From Octopus bimaculoides (lineage: Eukaryota), in NCBI RefSeq assembly GCF_001194135.2, contig NC_068989.1:2800886-2864885 (forward strand): a DNA stretch of 64,000 nt, in the 5' to 3' direction. Each line of letters starts with the position of its first letter. Position 1 is the stretch's first letter. Positions 52,170 through 64,000 of the stretch are shown here, one piece after another. Made by a program: the position numbers and the translations under genes. The notes beneath the pieces are model-generated. The model searched no databases. It worked only from the letters and a program-made list of their open reading frames with translations, and was not told the DNA's origin.

Positions 52170-52258
52170 CTTTGTATAAACCGCTGACTGAAGATGTTCC
52201 GGTTGCGGTGGCCCAGAAGACCTCCGGGGTTCAAAGTTATATCCTCGAAGAGGGGAAA
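52170..52258 (-). CDS. PRKAG: AMPK gamma long-isoform exon, (x)SPLRGYNFEPRRSSGPPQPEHLQSAVYTK; phase 1 in, phase 0 out
   Basis: 89 nt between a strong acceptor (ctatattttcag) and donor (AAG|gtaaga). The frame is open and its phase-0 exit fits exon 42342-42384. Confidence 0.7.
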
Positions 52259-52259
52259 C

Positions 52260-53590
52260 TGAAAATATAGAGAAACCAATCGTTACACACTACTAATTAC
52301 ATTCCGTAGGGTTTTGTAATTTCCCAACTGTTTCTGTTTTAAATATAAAACCTGAAACATTAATATAATATTCATGTACATAAATATGATATCAAACGGG
52401 TTAAATAATTATTCACATCGCCAAATTATTGTTTATACCTCGCTGTTAATGTAAACATTTTGATTGACTGTCAAGTTGTGAAAATAAATCCAGTTATGTT
52501 ATGATTACTGACGAGATATACTCGAAATCACGTTAAATATAATTAATTGTCAGAAGAGAAATTAAACTAAATGCAATCAATTTTTAAGACGAGAAGTTTT
52601 TTTCTGCGCTGAAGCAGTCGGCCCAGACAGAGAAAACTGAAATCGTACTCAATAGAATGAAACCGCGACAGCTGGAAAGAAGGGAAAAAGGTAGCTAAAC
52701 AAAGTTACCTCCCTTAAATTACATTTTTTTTTCTTTTTACTCCCAGAACTGAAAATATCTGATTAAAAATTAAAAAAAAAGGTCAATAAATAAAAGGAAT
52801 AGGAAGACATTTCGTTAATCGTAACACTGAACACAAATGGTAGTTTGCCAAAGGATTTGCCATTTTGTATATATGGAAACTGAAGGACATGTGGATTACA
52901 GAGATTCGTTGAAAAATAAAGTAAAACCTTGCAAGGGAATAAATCCTACATTTTATAATTAGATAAGTTTAGCCGAAGTCAAGCAGAATTGATATTTTAA
53001 CGAAGACTATCCCGTCAATTCAAGACTCGTCATCAATTTATTTAGAATCATCCGATGCGTTCTTTCTTCACTGTTCTTTTCTCTTCAAAGAGTGATTTGC
53101 GATATATGGCTGCGGGCCGAAAGAACACATTGGTTTGTCTAATTAAAAGAAGAAAAAAAGAAACACACATCGCTAGCAGGTTTCGTAACGACTGCTATAT
53201 TCAAAATATATATATCACTTATCCATTTTTCTACTAGTTGCAAATCAATGAATTGAAAGGAAATGGAAGTGTACGCACACACACAAACAAGATCGTTTGT
53301 TTAACGTCCGGTGCGTACTTCCACGTTAGCATGGTTAGGGCGCGGACTGGCGCAGGCATTTTACAGGCACCTGCCCTTCGTGTCGTCAAACCTGACTTGT
53401 ATTATTTCAAGTAAGGGATTATTCTATTTCACTGGTCTTCAGAAATGCAGAGTAAGCAGTCGTAATGTCAACAAGAAATGCAAACATCACATCACCGTTT
53501 CGCTCAGACAAATGACAAGCGGAGCTGCGAAATGTTAACAGGTGTCGCGCACGCGAGCGGACGGGCACACGACGGACTCTCCAGTATTTC
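52260..53590 (-). promoter_or_regulatory. CpG-retaining region; likely internal promoter/5' end for AMPK gamma transcripts
   Basis: Local CpG excess (gtcgcgcacgcgagcggacggg, gggcgcggactggcgc) in CpG-poor DNA, transposon-free, just upstream of exon 52258. Confidence 0.5.
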
Positions 53591-54030
53591 TGTCTACCTA
53601 TTCCACTTAAAAGACACTGGTCAATCCAGGCTTATAGAAGACACTTGCCTAAAAAGCCAGGCATATGCGTGTGTGTATTATAAGTACATTGATATATATA
53701 TATACGTTAATACATGCATACATACACACACACACATACATACATACATACATACATAGGCATATATAGAGATACATGCGTGTGAGCGCACATACATTTA
53801 CAGAAATGCATAAATACACACACACACACACACGTATTCATACAGACATAAATGCATGTATGACTGAGTGGTTACAGAATTGGCCCTGTAATTGCATGGT
53901 GTCATATTTCTATCTCAGATAATGGCACCTTGGGCAAGTGGTCTCACTGTAGCTTTGAGTCAACCAATACATCCTGAGTGGAATTGGCAGATAAATACTC
54001 TTTGGAAGTCTGTTGTATGCATATGTGTGT

Positions 54031-54066
<36 letters not shown>

Positions 54067-54397
54067 GCGTGCATATGTGCATGTATGACCATGAATGTTG
54101 AAAGATAAAGTAAAACATTAGAGCACCATTTTTTGTCCAAACCAAATTGTCCTGTAAGTCTGTACTTTTAAAGACAAGAGGAATAAAATAAACAAAAAAA
54201 AAAATAATAATTTCCCTTACTTGAAAAACAGACAAGTGATTGTAACATGAAGTGCATCTGCTTATAAAACAATTCCAAGATAAGTATTGGTCCAAACTAT
54301 GCTAATATGGAGAGGAAAAAATGACGTCAAACACATCAATATGCATACATTACATATGCACACACACACACATATATGCACACACACACACATATAT

Positions 54398-54449
<52 letters not shown>

Positions 54450-54479
54450 GTATATATATACATATAATTGTAATACAAA

Positions 54480-55050
54480 TTCTTCAAGTTGAGCCAACTG
54501 GCAGGAGACCTAGGGGTAGACCAAAAATGAAATGTCAGGATAACATCCAGTCTCAGTTGGTCATACATGGGAACCCAGCTGAAAAGCGTAATGCTCTTGA
54601 CAGGACTCTAGGAAGCAGGTGCCTAAGGACTCTACCTCAAGGACCCTACCAGGAATAATGAGCATGGAAGGTGGACAGATATATGCACATATATACACGT
54701 GTGTATGAATGAAGATTAGTTTCGCGGTGCTGATCCCTAATTGCAGAGGGGACATGTGAAACGGGTAGACCCCAGGAAGACGTGGGATGAAATGAGAAAG
54801 GATCTACAGACATTGGGACCCGCAGAGGAGATGTCAGGGGGCTGAGACTCCTGGTGGTGTGCTGTGTTTGAAAAGACACGTCAAACTAAGTAAAAGCGTG
54901 TTTACCCTCGCACACAGGCTTGTCCCTTGTAACTCTCTCCAGCTGAGGATCCCTAATCTTACAGGCTTGTAGGAGCTGGTGCTGTGTCTAATCAAGTATA
55001 CATTCCCTCTGGCATGTGTAGCTTGTATCCATCTTAAAAAGAAAGCGTCA
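54480..55050 (+). mobile_element. RTE-like LINE 3' fragments
   Basis: QVEPTGRRPRGRPKMK peptide; second segment resembles the 3' end of the 46.8-kb LINE. Confidence 0.55.
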
Positions 55051-55571
55051 AAGGTCCTTCCTGAGCTTTAGGCTAATAAGGCCAGTTTCCCAGATTCTGT
55101 GGCATATATTCTCCACAAGGACAAGACGCTGGTCTGTTACCGGAGTATTCATTTTTGCCAGCTGAGTGGACAGGAACAATGTGAAATGAAGTGTTTTGCT
55201 CAAGAACACAATGTATCATCATCCAGTTCAGGAATTGAAACCACAATCTTACTATCATAAGTGCAACACTAACTCCTTAGCCACACACCTCTTTGTATTC
55301 ATCTTAGAAACCGATAATGGTAGCAGAGGAAATAGAGAAAGGCGGCAGCTTCCTCATGGTTAAAGTTAGATAATTGTGAAGTGCTTGTGTTGCCTTACAA
55401 GTTGACAGAAATATAAATTTTAAAATTTTGCATTAAGTGATGAGCATCACCTGAAGCTACCAGCGAAATAATTTGATAGAATTTCAATATTTGTTTTAAT
55501 GTAATTTTAAGGTGTGCAAAAAATAGTCAGGAAATTATTTCTTTTAATAAATATTAATAATTGGGCTTCAT

Positions 55572-55847
55572 GGAGGCAACGACTGAGACCTTGGGCATTA
55601 TGTTGTACTTGAGAAGACCCATCAAGCCAAGCAAAATCACAGTTGTGGCAAATACAGATGTCATGCAAATGGCACGTAAAAGCACCCATTACACTCTCAG
55701 AGTGGTTGGCATTAGGAAGGGCATCCAGCCATAGAAAACTATGCCAAATCAGACTGGAGTCTGGTGCAGCCTTCCAGCTTACCAGTCCTGGTCAAACCGT
55801 CCAACCCATGCCAGCATGGACAATGGATGTTAAATGATGATGATGAC
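55572..55847 (+). mobile_element. SINE/RTE-tail repeat
   Basis: gtggttggcattaggaagggcatccagcc...ccaacccatgccagcatgga...(gat)n. Confidence 0.75.
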
Positions 55848-56380
55848 TACAAATTCTTTCTACAATAGGCTGAAACTTGAGGAGCGGGAGTTAGCTGATA
55901 ACATAATAGTTTATAATTTAGGGGACAAAGCTAGCAGTTTTGAGAGAAGGGGAAGGGATTAGGTGATATCCTCAACCTTAGTACTTGATTGGTACTTAAT
56001 GTTATCAACCTCAGATGGATGACAGGCAGTAATACATCCATTTTCCATGTCCCCATTGTTAGGACAGATCTCTTCCAGTACAACATCTTCTCACTTTCCA
56101 TGGTCCTTTGTCCTTCATCATCTGATATACACACACACAAAAACACTTCAATCATATTTTTTGTGCAAGTAATGTATTTTTGAAATGGTTTCTGCAGCTG
56201 TAAGCCCTTTCTATCTCCCACTACTTTATAGAATATATATATATATATAATTAGGATGCATTTTATCATGCTACCAGCATTACAGAGGTTGTTTGCCAGT
56301 ATTAAATACTGCCTGTACTCTATGTAAATATATATTGTGTTACTGCTATTACTGCAATTTGCAGACTCAATTACTTTATT

Positions 56381-56418
<38 letters not shown>

Positions 56419-57479
56419 ACACTGAATTTGCTAATAAGTTGCACTATTTTATACTTGATTTTAACTGAAAAAACTGGGAGGTGACTTATATAGAGAGCAA
56501 AGCAAATGTCAAGTTTGAATATGAAGGGAGAAGATTTTGTCCTAAGATTTAACCCTGAATTAGGAGTGTGACTTCTGAGTAAAAGCAGTATTTATATAAT
56601 CGCTGGTTGCCTTCTTCTACTGAATAAGGATTTGGTTAATTCACTATTAACCAAACATGAAATTAAAGTGTCAAGTGACTCAATAATTACAAAAATGTTT
56701 CAGAGTAAACAAACAGTAAGAAGGTCAGGCAAACAAAAAAAAAAAAACAAAAGCAAGCAGCTAACGTTACTCGTAGGTGATAGTATCATCATCATCATAT
56801 GTTATGAAGACAGTGAAATAATTCCCATATTATAGCTGTTATCACAAAATATGCTTAATGCACGTGTTTATAATAGGGATTCTTAACTTACGACATGTGT
56901 AATTTACTTCAAACGATTGACTGCTTGGTTGTGACCTGTATTACTTCAACAGAACCACTTACTACAGTCAACAACCAGTCAGCCATGCAGATTAATGTAA
57001 AACCATTCCAACTAGGGCAGCTGTGTACAAAATAACAAAGAACTTATTAAAAACAAAACAACTTCTTCAAGTGTTGTTTTTCTTTTAACTTGCATGGTTA
57101 TTTTTTAAAAAATCATCTTAACTAAATTTCAAGAGAAAAAAAAATACAACAAATATGTATTCAATACAGTCAACTTCATTTCAAAAGCATCAATTTTCCC
57201 TCCAGATTACATAAACTTTTCAATAAGCAGAATAACTTCTGCATTATGTAATAATACCCCCAATCAGGTCTATGGATAGATTTCATGTCAAGGCTTGAAT
57301 TACAAATAAAAACTCCTATGACATTAGTTAAAATGTAAGGAGTAAAGAGTGGGGGTTGGAATAAAACACATCTTCAAATTACTTTCTGGTAAAATGTAAG
57401 ACATAGGGTAAAATAATTAAGTATACCAAGTATTAAAATGGTTGGTTAGTCCACATTTCTCTGCGAGGAGTATAGGGCT

Positions 57480-57890
57480 GGTTTCCTGCTTTCTCTGGCA
57501 TATGTGTACTCCTCCCTGAATGGGATGCTGGTCTGGTGCAGGGTTACTCCTTTTTACCAGCTGAGTGGACTGGAGCAGTGTAAAATGAAGTGTTTTGCTC
57601 AAGAATACTTTGCCTGGTGCAGGGATTGAAACCAACCCTCTGATCATGAGTGCAACACACGAACCTCTAAGCTATGTGCCTCCACAAATTCAAATATAAT
57701 GGTTTCAAATTTCAGCACAAGGCCAGTCATTTCAGAAGAGGGGATAAGTCAATTACATCGACCTCAGTGCTTAAATGGTACTTATTTTATAGACCTCGAA
57801 AGGATGAAAGGCAAAGTTGACCTTGGCAGAATTTGAACTCAGAATGTACAGACGAAATGCCAATATGTTAATGATGCAGCTAGCTCACTG
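57480..57890 (-). mobile_element. Two adjacent tRNA-derived SINEs of different families
   Basis: 57480-57685 has an A/B-box head and resembles 55080-55290; 57700-57890 carries the taagtacc...gaggtcgatgtaattgact core. Confidence 0.65.
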
Positions 57891-59723
57891 CCTTACGTAT
57901 TAAAATAGGTTTCCCAAACTGTAAAGCCTCATAAAAGTAATGAAAAATAAATCTTAGATCAAATTTCTATTGAGTACAGAAGATGTTTCCACGTATTACA
58001 ACTTGGCATCTCATTAACAAATTTATACATTAAACAGGTGTTTTATAATTCAAGACAGCATTTTTGTTAGAAGACAACACGGTCGTACTGATGTTAGATT
58101 TGACAAAAAATAATTTTTAGACAGATAAAAGAAAGATTTATTGGCAGGACTCAAATCACGTAGATTGCTCAGCAAATGATAGATATGCAATTCAAGTCTC
58201 ATCACGTTCCTCTTTTCTGTCCAAGTAATATGTATGATGTGCAATATAATTTCCATTAAAATTTTAGTAGTTAATAAAAGCAAATTCATAGAGTTATGAA
58301 TTGTGTATTGCAACGCCATGTTTTCAAGACAAGCTTTATCAGAACAACAACGATCAAGTTAACGAACATATCTTAGATATTTATGTTGTTTATCATTTAT
58401 TTCACTGCATGGGTGTGATGGTTAATTTTTATGAAAGTGAAATATTTACTTAACTTTTGAGGAAAATATTTTGTTTTCATTTTTAAACTGCTTAATGCAA
58501 AATTAATTAAGATTCAACCACATTGATTTATCTGATACAAAAATGAATAGAAGGGAGTGACAAGTTTCTTCATTCAGTTAATATCAGAAACCAATGGTTT
58601 CTCTTCATTAGGAATAAAAGTGTAGCTTAAATGGTGTTGTTATTCATAGGCACAAGCATGGCTGTGTGGTTAAGAAATTTGCTTCCCAACCACATGGTTC
58701 CAGGTTCAGTTCCACTGTATGGCACCTTGGGCAAATGTCTACTATAACCATAGGCTGAACAAAACCCTGTGAGTGGAATTGGCAGATGGAAACTGAAAGA
58801 ATCCTATTGTGTGTGTGTGTGTTACAACAACAGGTGTTGGTTTGTTTATGTCCCTGCAACCTAATTGTTCAGTAAAAGAGACTGATAGAAAAAGTACCAG
58901 ATGTATAGAAAATAAAGAAAATATATACTGGGGATGATTTGCTTGACCCAAACTCTTTAAGGCAGCATGGCTGCAGTCCAATAACTGTAAGCAGAGGAAA
59001 TATTTTGTAATGTTGTGTGTGAACTTTCTAGTATAAAGTTATATTCGTTTAAGAAAAGTGACATTGTCCTGCAATCAACTTCAATCCCACAAATTCTGAT
59101 ATTTGCAAGTGGCTTCATTTTTGGGGAAAGGAGCAAAATCAATTAATTTTGTCAAACAGAGTATTTGACTGGTATCCATTTTATTGTCCTTGGAAGAATG
59201 AAAGGTCAAGTTGACCATGGCAAGATAGCTGAGAATGTGGAGATGTATTCGAATACCACAAGGTGTTTTGTCTTGCTAATCTACCAGCAGCAAACGACAA
59301 ACGAATAACCCCCCCCTTTTTTTTTCAATAGAGAATTATTTGTGCTAATCTAATGCAACATCCACAGAGTCTATAACCTGCAGAGTAGTTCAACACTATA
59401 TATTATTCAGTTATTTTCCAGAGTTTTTGGGAAAAAGAAAAAAAGATTAAGTGATAATTTTGCCTTCCCTATGATAAAATGATGTGAAGAAGCTGGGCTG
59501 CAAAGACAATTACTTCCACAAGAATTAATACATTTAGTGTCAATGTGCACAGGTGTGACTGGGTGGTAGGAATTTGTTTTCAAACCACCTGGTTTCAGAT
59601 TCAGTTTGATTGTGCAGTACATTTGGCTTCAACTATAGCCCAGGGCCAACCAAAGCCTTGTGAATGGATTTGGTAGACAGAAACTGAAGCTAGCATGGAA
59701 AGCGGACGTTAAACGATGATATA

Positions 59724-60520
59724 TACAGGGTGTTTCAAACGTCTATGTCACATTCTAAAAACTCTTATTATTCCATGAACTACAAATGGTAGCATGATTG
59801 AACTGGTACCATTTCAAAGCTCAAATTTTTGTTTTTTCTCTTTTCAGATCCAGTAATGTCATTCTCAAAATGAGGGATGTCATTTTGCATCCTAGAATAC
59901 ACAAAAACTGAATCATGGACACGTGTTCAAGCAAATTTCGTACAACGTTTACCAAGCAGGTATCAGACAGACGTTTCATTTTGAATTGGCACACAAAATT
60001 TCAGGAGGAGGGGTGTTTGTGCCCAGCAAAAGAGAACAGGATGTTCCTGTGCAAAATCCATGGTGAATAGGTTTATCAGTGTCCTCCAACTGTTGGACCA
60101 ATTGCAGCTTGTATGGTGTGACCAGCAGTCTTCTCTTTAAGACATGCCAAACAGTGGTTAATGGGAGCTGAAGTTCTCGACTGGGTATTCTGACTGATTT
60201 CTGGGACTGTGCTGGAAGGCTTGCCGAACTTGTTCAGCCATATCATCTGAAGTTGAGGGGTGTCCTGTTCTCTCTGCCAGGCACAAACACCTCTCCTCCT
60301 AAAATTTTGCCTGCCAATTCAAAATGGAACATCTGTCTGGTGCCCGCTTGGTAAACGTTGTACAAAATTTGCATTGAACACATGCCCAGGATTCAGGAAG
60401 GGCATCTAAAAGAAAGTATGCGCAAGCTTCAAATACTAAACTTTGTCCTATGACCATGAGGTTTTCAAACTGACAATCACTATGTTCCCTTGAAAACAAC
60501 AATTTTCATTTTGCCCCACT
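59724..60520. mobile_element. Two converging Tc1/mariner (DUF4817-like HTH) transposase relics
   Basis: TA|cagggtgtttcaaa terminus. Plus copy FCILEYTKTESWTRVQ..FRTTFTK...ILNWHTKFQEEGCLC; minus copy ESWACVQCKFCTTFTKRAPDRCSILNWQAKF*EERCLCLAERTG. Confidence 0.75.
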
Positions 60521-63499
60521 CTCTCTTTATTGATGAAGAAACAATAGTTTGCATCCATATATGATGAACTTTTTATATACAGTGCTCAGGTGCACTACAA
60601 CTCATCGTAAAAAATTACCCAAAATGCATGTACAGTACGTAGAATAATGCACAGAAAGTGAACAAGTCAGTTAAAATAAAAATAAAAGGGTTTAGATCAG
60701 GTGTACTATTGGTGAATTTCAGGAAGCATGGCAGTTTTGAAGGATGCAGTGTCCCAATAATTAACAACTGATGCTGGTAGTTTATTCCATGCTTCAACAA
60801 TTCTGAGTAGAGTAAACACACATACATGCACGATGGGCCTCCACACTGTTTCCATCTACAAAACTCATTCACAAGGCATTGGTCGGCCCAGAGCCATAGT
60901 AGAAGACACTTGCTCAAAATCATGTGCAGTGGGACTGAATCCGGAACCACGTGGTTGCAAAGTGAGTTTTTTAACCGCATAACCATGTATTTTTTTAAAA
61001 TACATTATAAACAAGGTGAAATAATCAGGAAATTTATCATCCAAATTCCTTTAGATTTCACCACTGAAAATATTTAGGAAGTTGTTCAACGATGCATATG
61101 TTTACATTTCCCAATTCCCCATCCCTGTATATGTCTAAGGTCGAATTACAGCAGTCTAAACACTGAAGCATGATGCCGTGGGCTTTGTAACAAAGAATTG
61201 AAGTATCTCTGCATGTACCCCCCACCCCAGTCAGTAATTCTATTCTTCCAATTGTTGCACAAATGTAGATAACATCAGTAACTAGAATACTTCTATTCAG
61301 AATTCAGGGTTGGGGGACAAAAGAGCAGATCTTGTGCATTACTTTTTCAGCCTACATACAATTCCAGGAATTTTATAACCTTGTCTGTGAATGACGGACG
61401 GTCTAGGGATGTTTAGAAGGAGACAATATACTCACATTAAACAAAACTTACTATTCTGTTCCACTAACTAGTCATATGACCAAGATTTATCAGAAATAAA
61501 TGAAAGTAAAAAAGCTTAATTTTATTGGTTTAGTATATAAAAGTTTTCGTTGAAATTATAGAATTGTGTTTTAAAAGAACAATTTTTTTTAACGGTTGAA
61601 CCCAAAGTAAATAAAGCTATAAATGATAGGATAAAAAACATCATGATTACAGAAAGTGGAAGACAGCCTTCTAAAGCGCCAACTGCAAATAAATGAAAGT
61701 GAAAGTGGAACTGAAGAGAAGTTAATTACCAGTAACTTGACAAATGACTCCTCTGATAAAATATAACTTCATTTGTATGCACCCACATTCATAATGAATT
61801 TATGATAAGATACAGAGGCCAATTACAGCTTGGCAAGGGTAAAAGCGATAGAATCGACAATAATAATTTGGGGTAAACAAGGGTTCTTCACTTCGTCAAT
61901 CTGCTAGAAATGGCAGCCAAATCTCCCCCCAAATCACAACCCTACCACCTTGGAAACGTTAGACAATGTGGTCCTAGACTTATAAAAAGACGAGTTGGTC
62001 ATGACTAGAACGCTTTTTGAGCACAAGTCTGCAGCAGCATGATGACTAACTCGGGTCTAATTTAAACAACTGTTATTCTATGGACTAAAAAATACAAAAC
62101 AAACATCAACTCAGACCGTAGAGGGACTACTAATTCAAAGGTAATTAACCAATGCAAATCTTAGTCTGGTTTTAAATAAAAATCCGAAGTATATTTCAGC
62201 TTCATGAAAAAAATCAATAAATATGTGACATTGCGCAAGTTAGAAATCTGTATCGTTATTAATAATTGAAAAAAAAAACAAAACAAAAAACACGCAATCA
62301 CTATTAGAGTACCCGAGTCAACAAATCTAGTAAAGAGAAAGGAAATATTTTAATATTTATTTACGAAAATTAGCTACGTTTATAAACGTAAATGGCAATG
62401 TTTTCATTTCGGTAAAAATTTATTAAGAGACAATCATATTATAGATTGTCATATGAAAAGAACATGAATGTTAAATAACCCTCCAATGGAGCTGTTTAGC
62501 CCTAGTACCAGATCTGATCAAGCAAGCGTGTGATTTAAGAGTTTACTCATAGCCATTCAGTGTGTGTTTTTTAAATTTTTTTTTAGGAATATGCAAGTTT
62601 AGATTATCTAATTGTTTTTCGTTCCTTATTTAAAAATAATAGAATGTGATCTGAAGGAAATTTGGCTGCTATTTTTAGCATGTAGAGTGAGCACGTAGAG
62701 ATTCCCCACCCCCACGTCAAAAATATACACTGTGTGTGTGCGTGCGTTTCCAGTTTCGACGTGTAACCGAAAACTCCACCCCATAGACACCAACTGTTAT
62801 ATAAATAAACATAAGCAAATTTTAACTCGACACTTGCCAAATTCGACAAGGAAATAAACAATAATATATCAATCAATCAGATTATATGGACATTGATCTC
62901 GTTACTCAGCCGCTATTTATTTACTAAATGGATAAATCTGAGTTTGCAATCCAAATAACTCGAGCAAGGTCGAATCAACAAAACCCTTTTCTAACCTCTT
63001 TTTTTTATTTTTTAACGATATACAAATTCATCGGGATTATAATACTACTACAACCACAGGGGACTCTCTACCCGACGGTTAAACCTGCTGGAAATAGCAG
63101 CCGCAGCTCCTTCAATTCACATCCTACGGTCTTAGAATAATAAATGCAGATCGAACTAGGACGATCACGGTCGATATCCTAAACAATGGCTTTATTCCAA
63201 TGACAATAAAAAAACATAAAATAAAAGAGAAAAGAAGTGACACTTTAGTGGCAACGTTAGGTATGTACAGAAATCTGCGTGGAATTTAGAGGAGAAACTA
63301 GATAAGAGAATGAATGCATCATTGAATATCACTACGAAGCCCTCCATAAAAGTGTGAAGGTCAACATTAGTTTCGGACGTTGGAAATTGACTAAAATTTT
63401 TAGTTTATTTCACAAACCTTGAAAACTGGTGTAATTTTTCGGGGTGGAATTCTCATTGACCCAACGTGACACAGAAGTCATGTCATATAGTAGTTGTCA

Positions 63500-63732
63500 G
63501 ATTAAGGGTCCTAACATGCAAATCTCGTAAAGCTATACGGTCTAAATGAGTGGGCCTCAACCGGGTTCCAGATAAGATTTTGTAGTTAAAATTAATCTGG
63601 AATAAATTGGTTATACTTCAACAATACACAAAATAATATTTCATTATATATATAATCGAATGACTGAGGGTCTACCCAAGTAAAATAGGAATCAAAGGGG
63701 TCCACAGGCGAAAAATGGTTGAGAACAAGTGG
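63500..63732 (-). mobile_element. hAT-like MITE fragment
   Basis: Minus strand cttgttctcaaccatttttcgcctgtggacccctttgattcc, similar to 12121-12316. Confidence 0.55.
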
Positions 63733-63954
63733 TCCAAATGCATCAAATGAATCGTTCTTGTGCGTCCTCTGACTCAAGAGCCAAGTCGTAAACGAGGACA
63801 AAACGGTCCTTCGTATGTTCAGTTCAGCCAACCACAAAGATTCACAATTTCTGTGTCTCTAAGTAAGCACAAAGCACATATTTGGCAAAGTAGGGAAAAG
63901 TATATTACAAAAATATACGCTGAAATAGGCATAATGAAAGTATCGTTCACTATG

Positions 63955-63960
<6 letters not shown>

Positions 63961-64000
<40 letters not shown>
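63961..64000. repeat. (TA)n microsatellite
   Basis: Direct observation. Confidence 0.95.

Noticed and set aside
56963-56986. Possible first exon MADWLLTV (phase 0)
   Set aside because: Too short to distinguish from chance without transcript data.

Overview
AT-rich, repeat-dense eukaryotic genomic DNA. Its SINE/MITE/LINE content and microsatellite load resemble an Octopus (coleoid cephalopod) assembly; this is inferred from recalled repeat motifs, not a database hit. One protein-coding gene dominates: the AMP-activated protein kinase gamma subunit (PRKAG/SNF4A-gamma, four CBS domains) on the minus strand. I rebuilt it by hand from GT-AG exons with matching phases. Ten core exons run from 20559 to 10297 ([69 protein letters not shown]...-HRLPV...-SALPVVD...-NLAAEKTYNNLD...-VHRLVVVD...LSLSD). 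Two long-isoform exons lie upstream (52170-52258, 42342-42384), there are at least two candidate alternative start exons (37981-38080, 23033-23054), and several candidate C-termini. The introns hold tRNA-derived SINEs, hAT- and piggyBac-like MITEs, RTE and Tx1-like LINE fragments, two rearranged Tc1/mariner relics, a gypsy RT relic and a 36-bp minisatellite spanning an assembly gap. The most notable items are the alternative N/C-terminal exons (some hydrophobic), several fold-back structures in introns beside CBS exons (possible ADAR substrates), and the double-dyad minisatellite. I found no clearly new multi-gene system.
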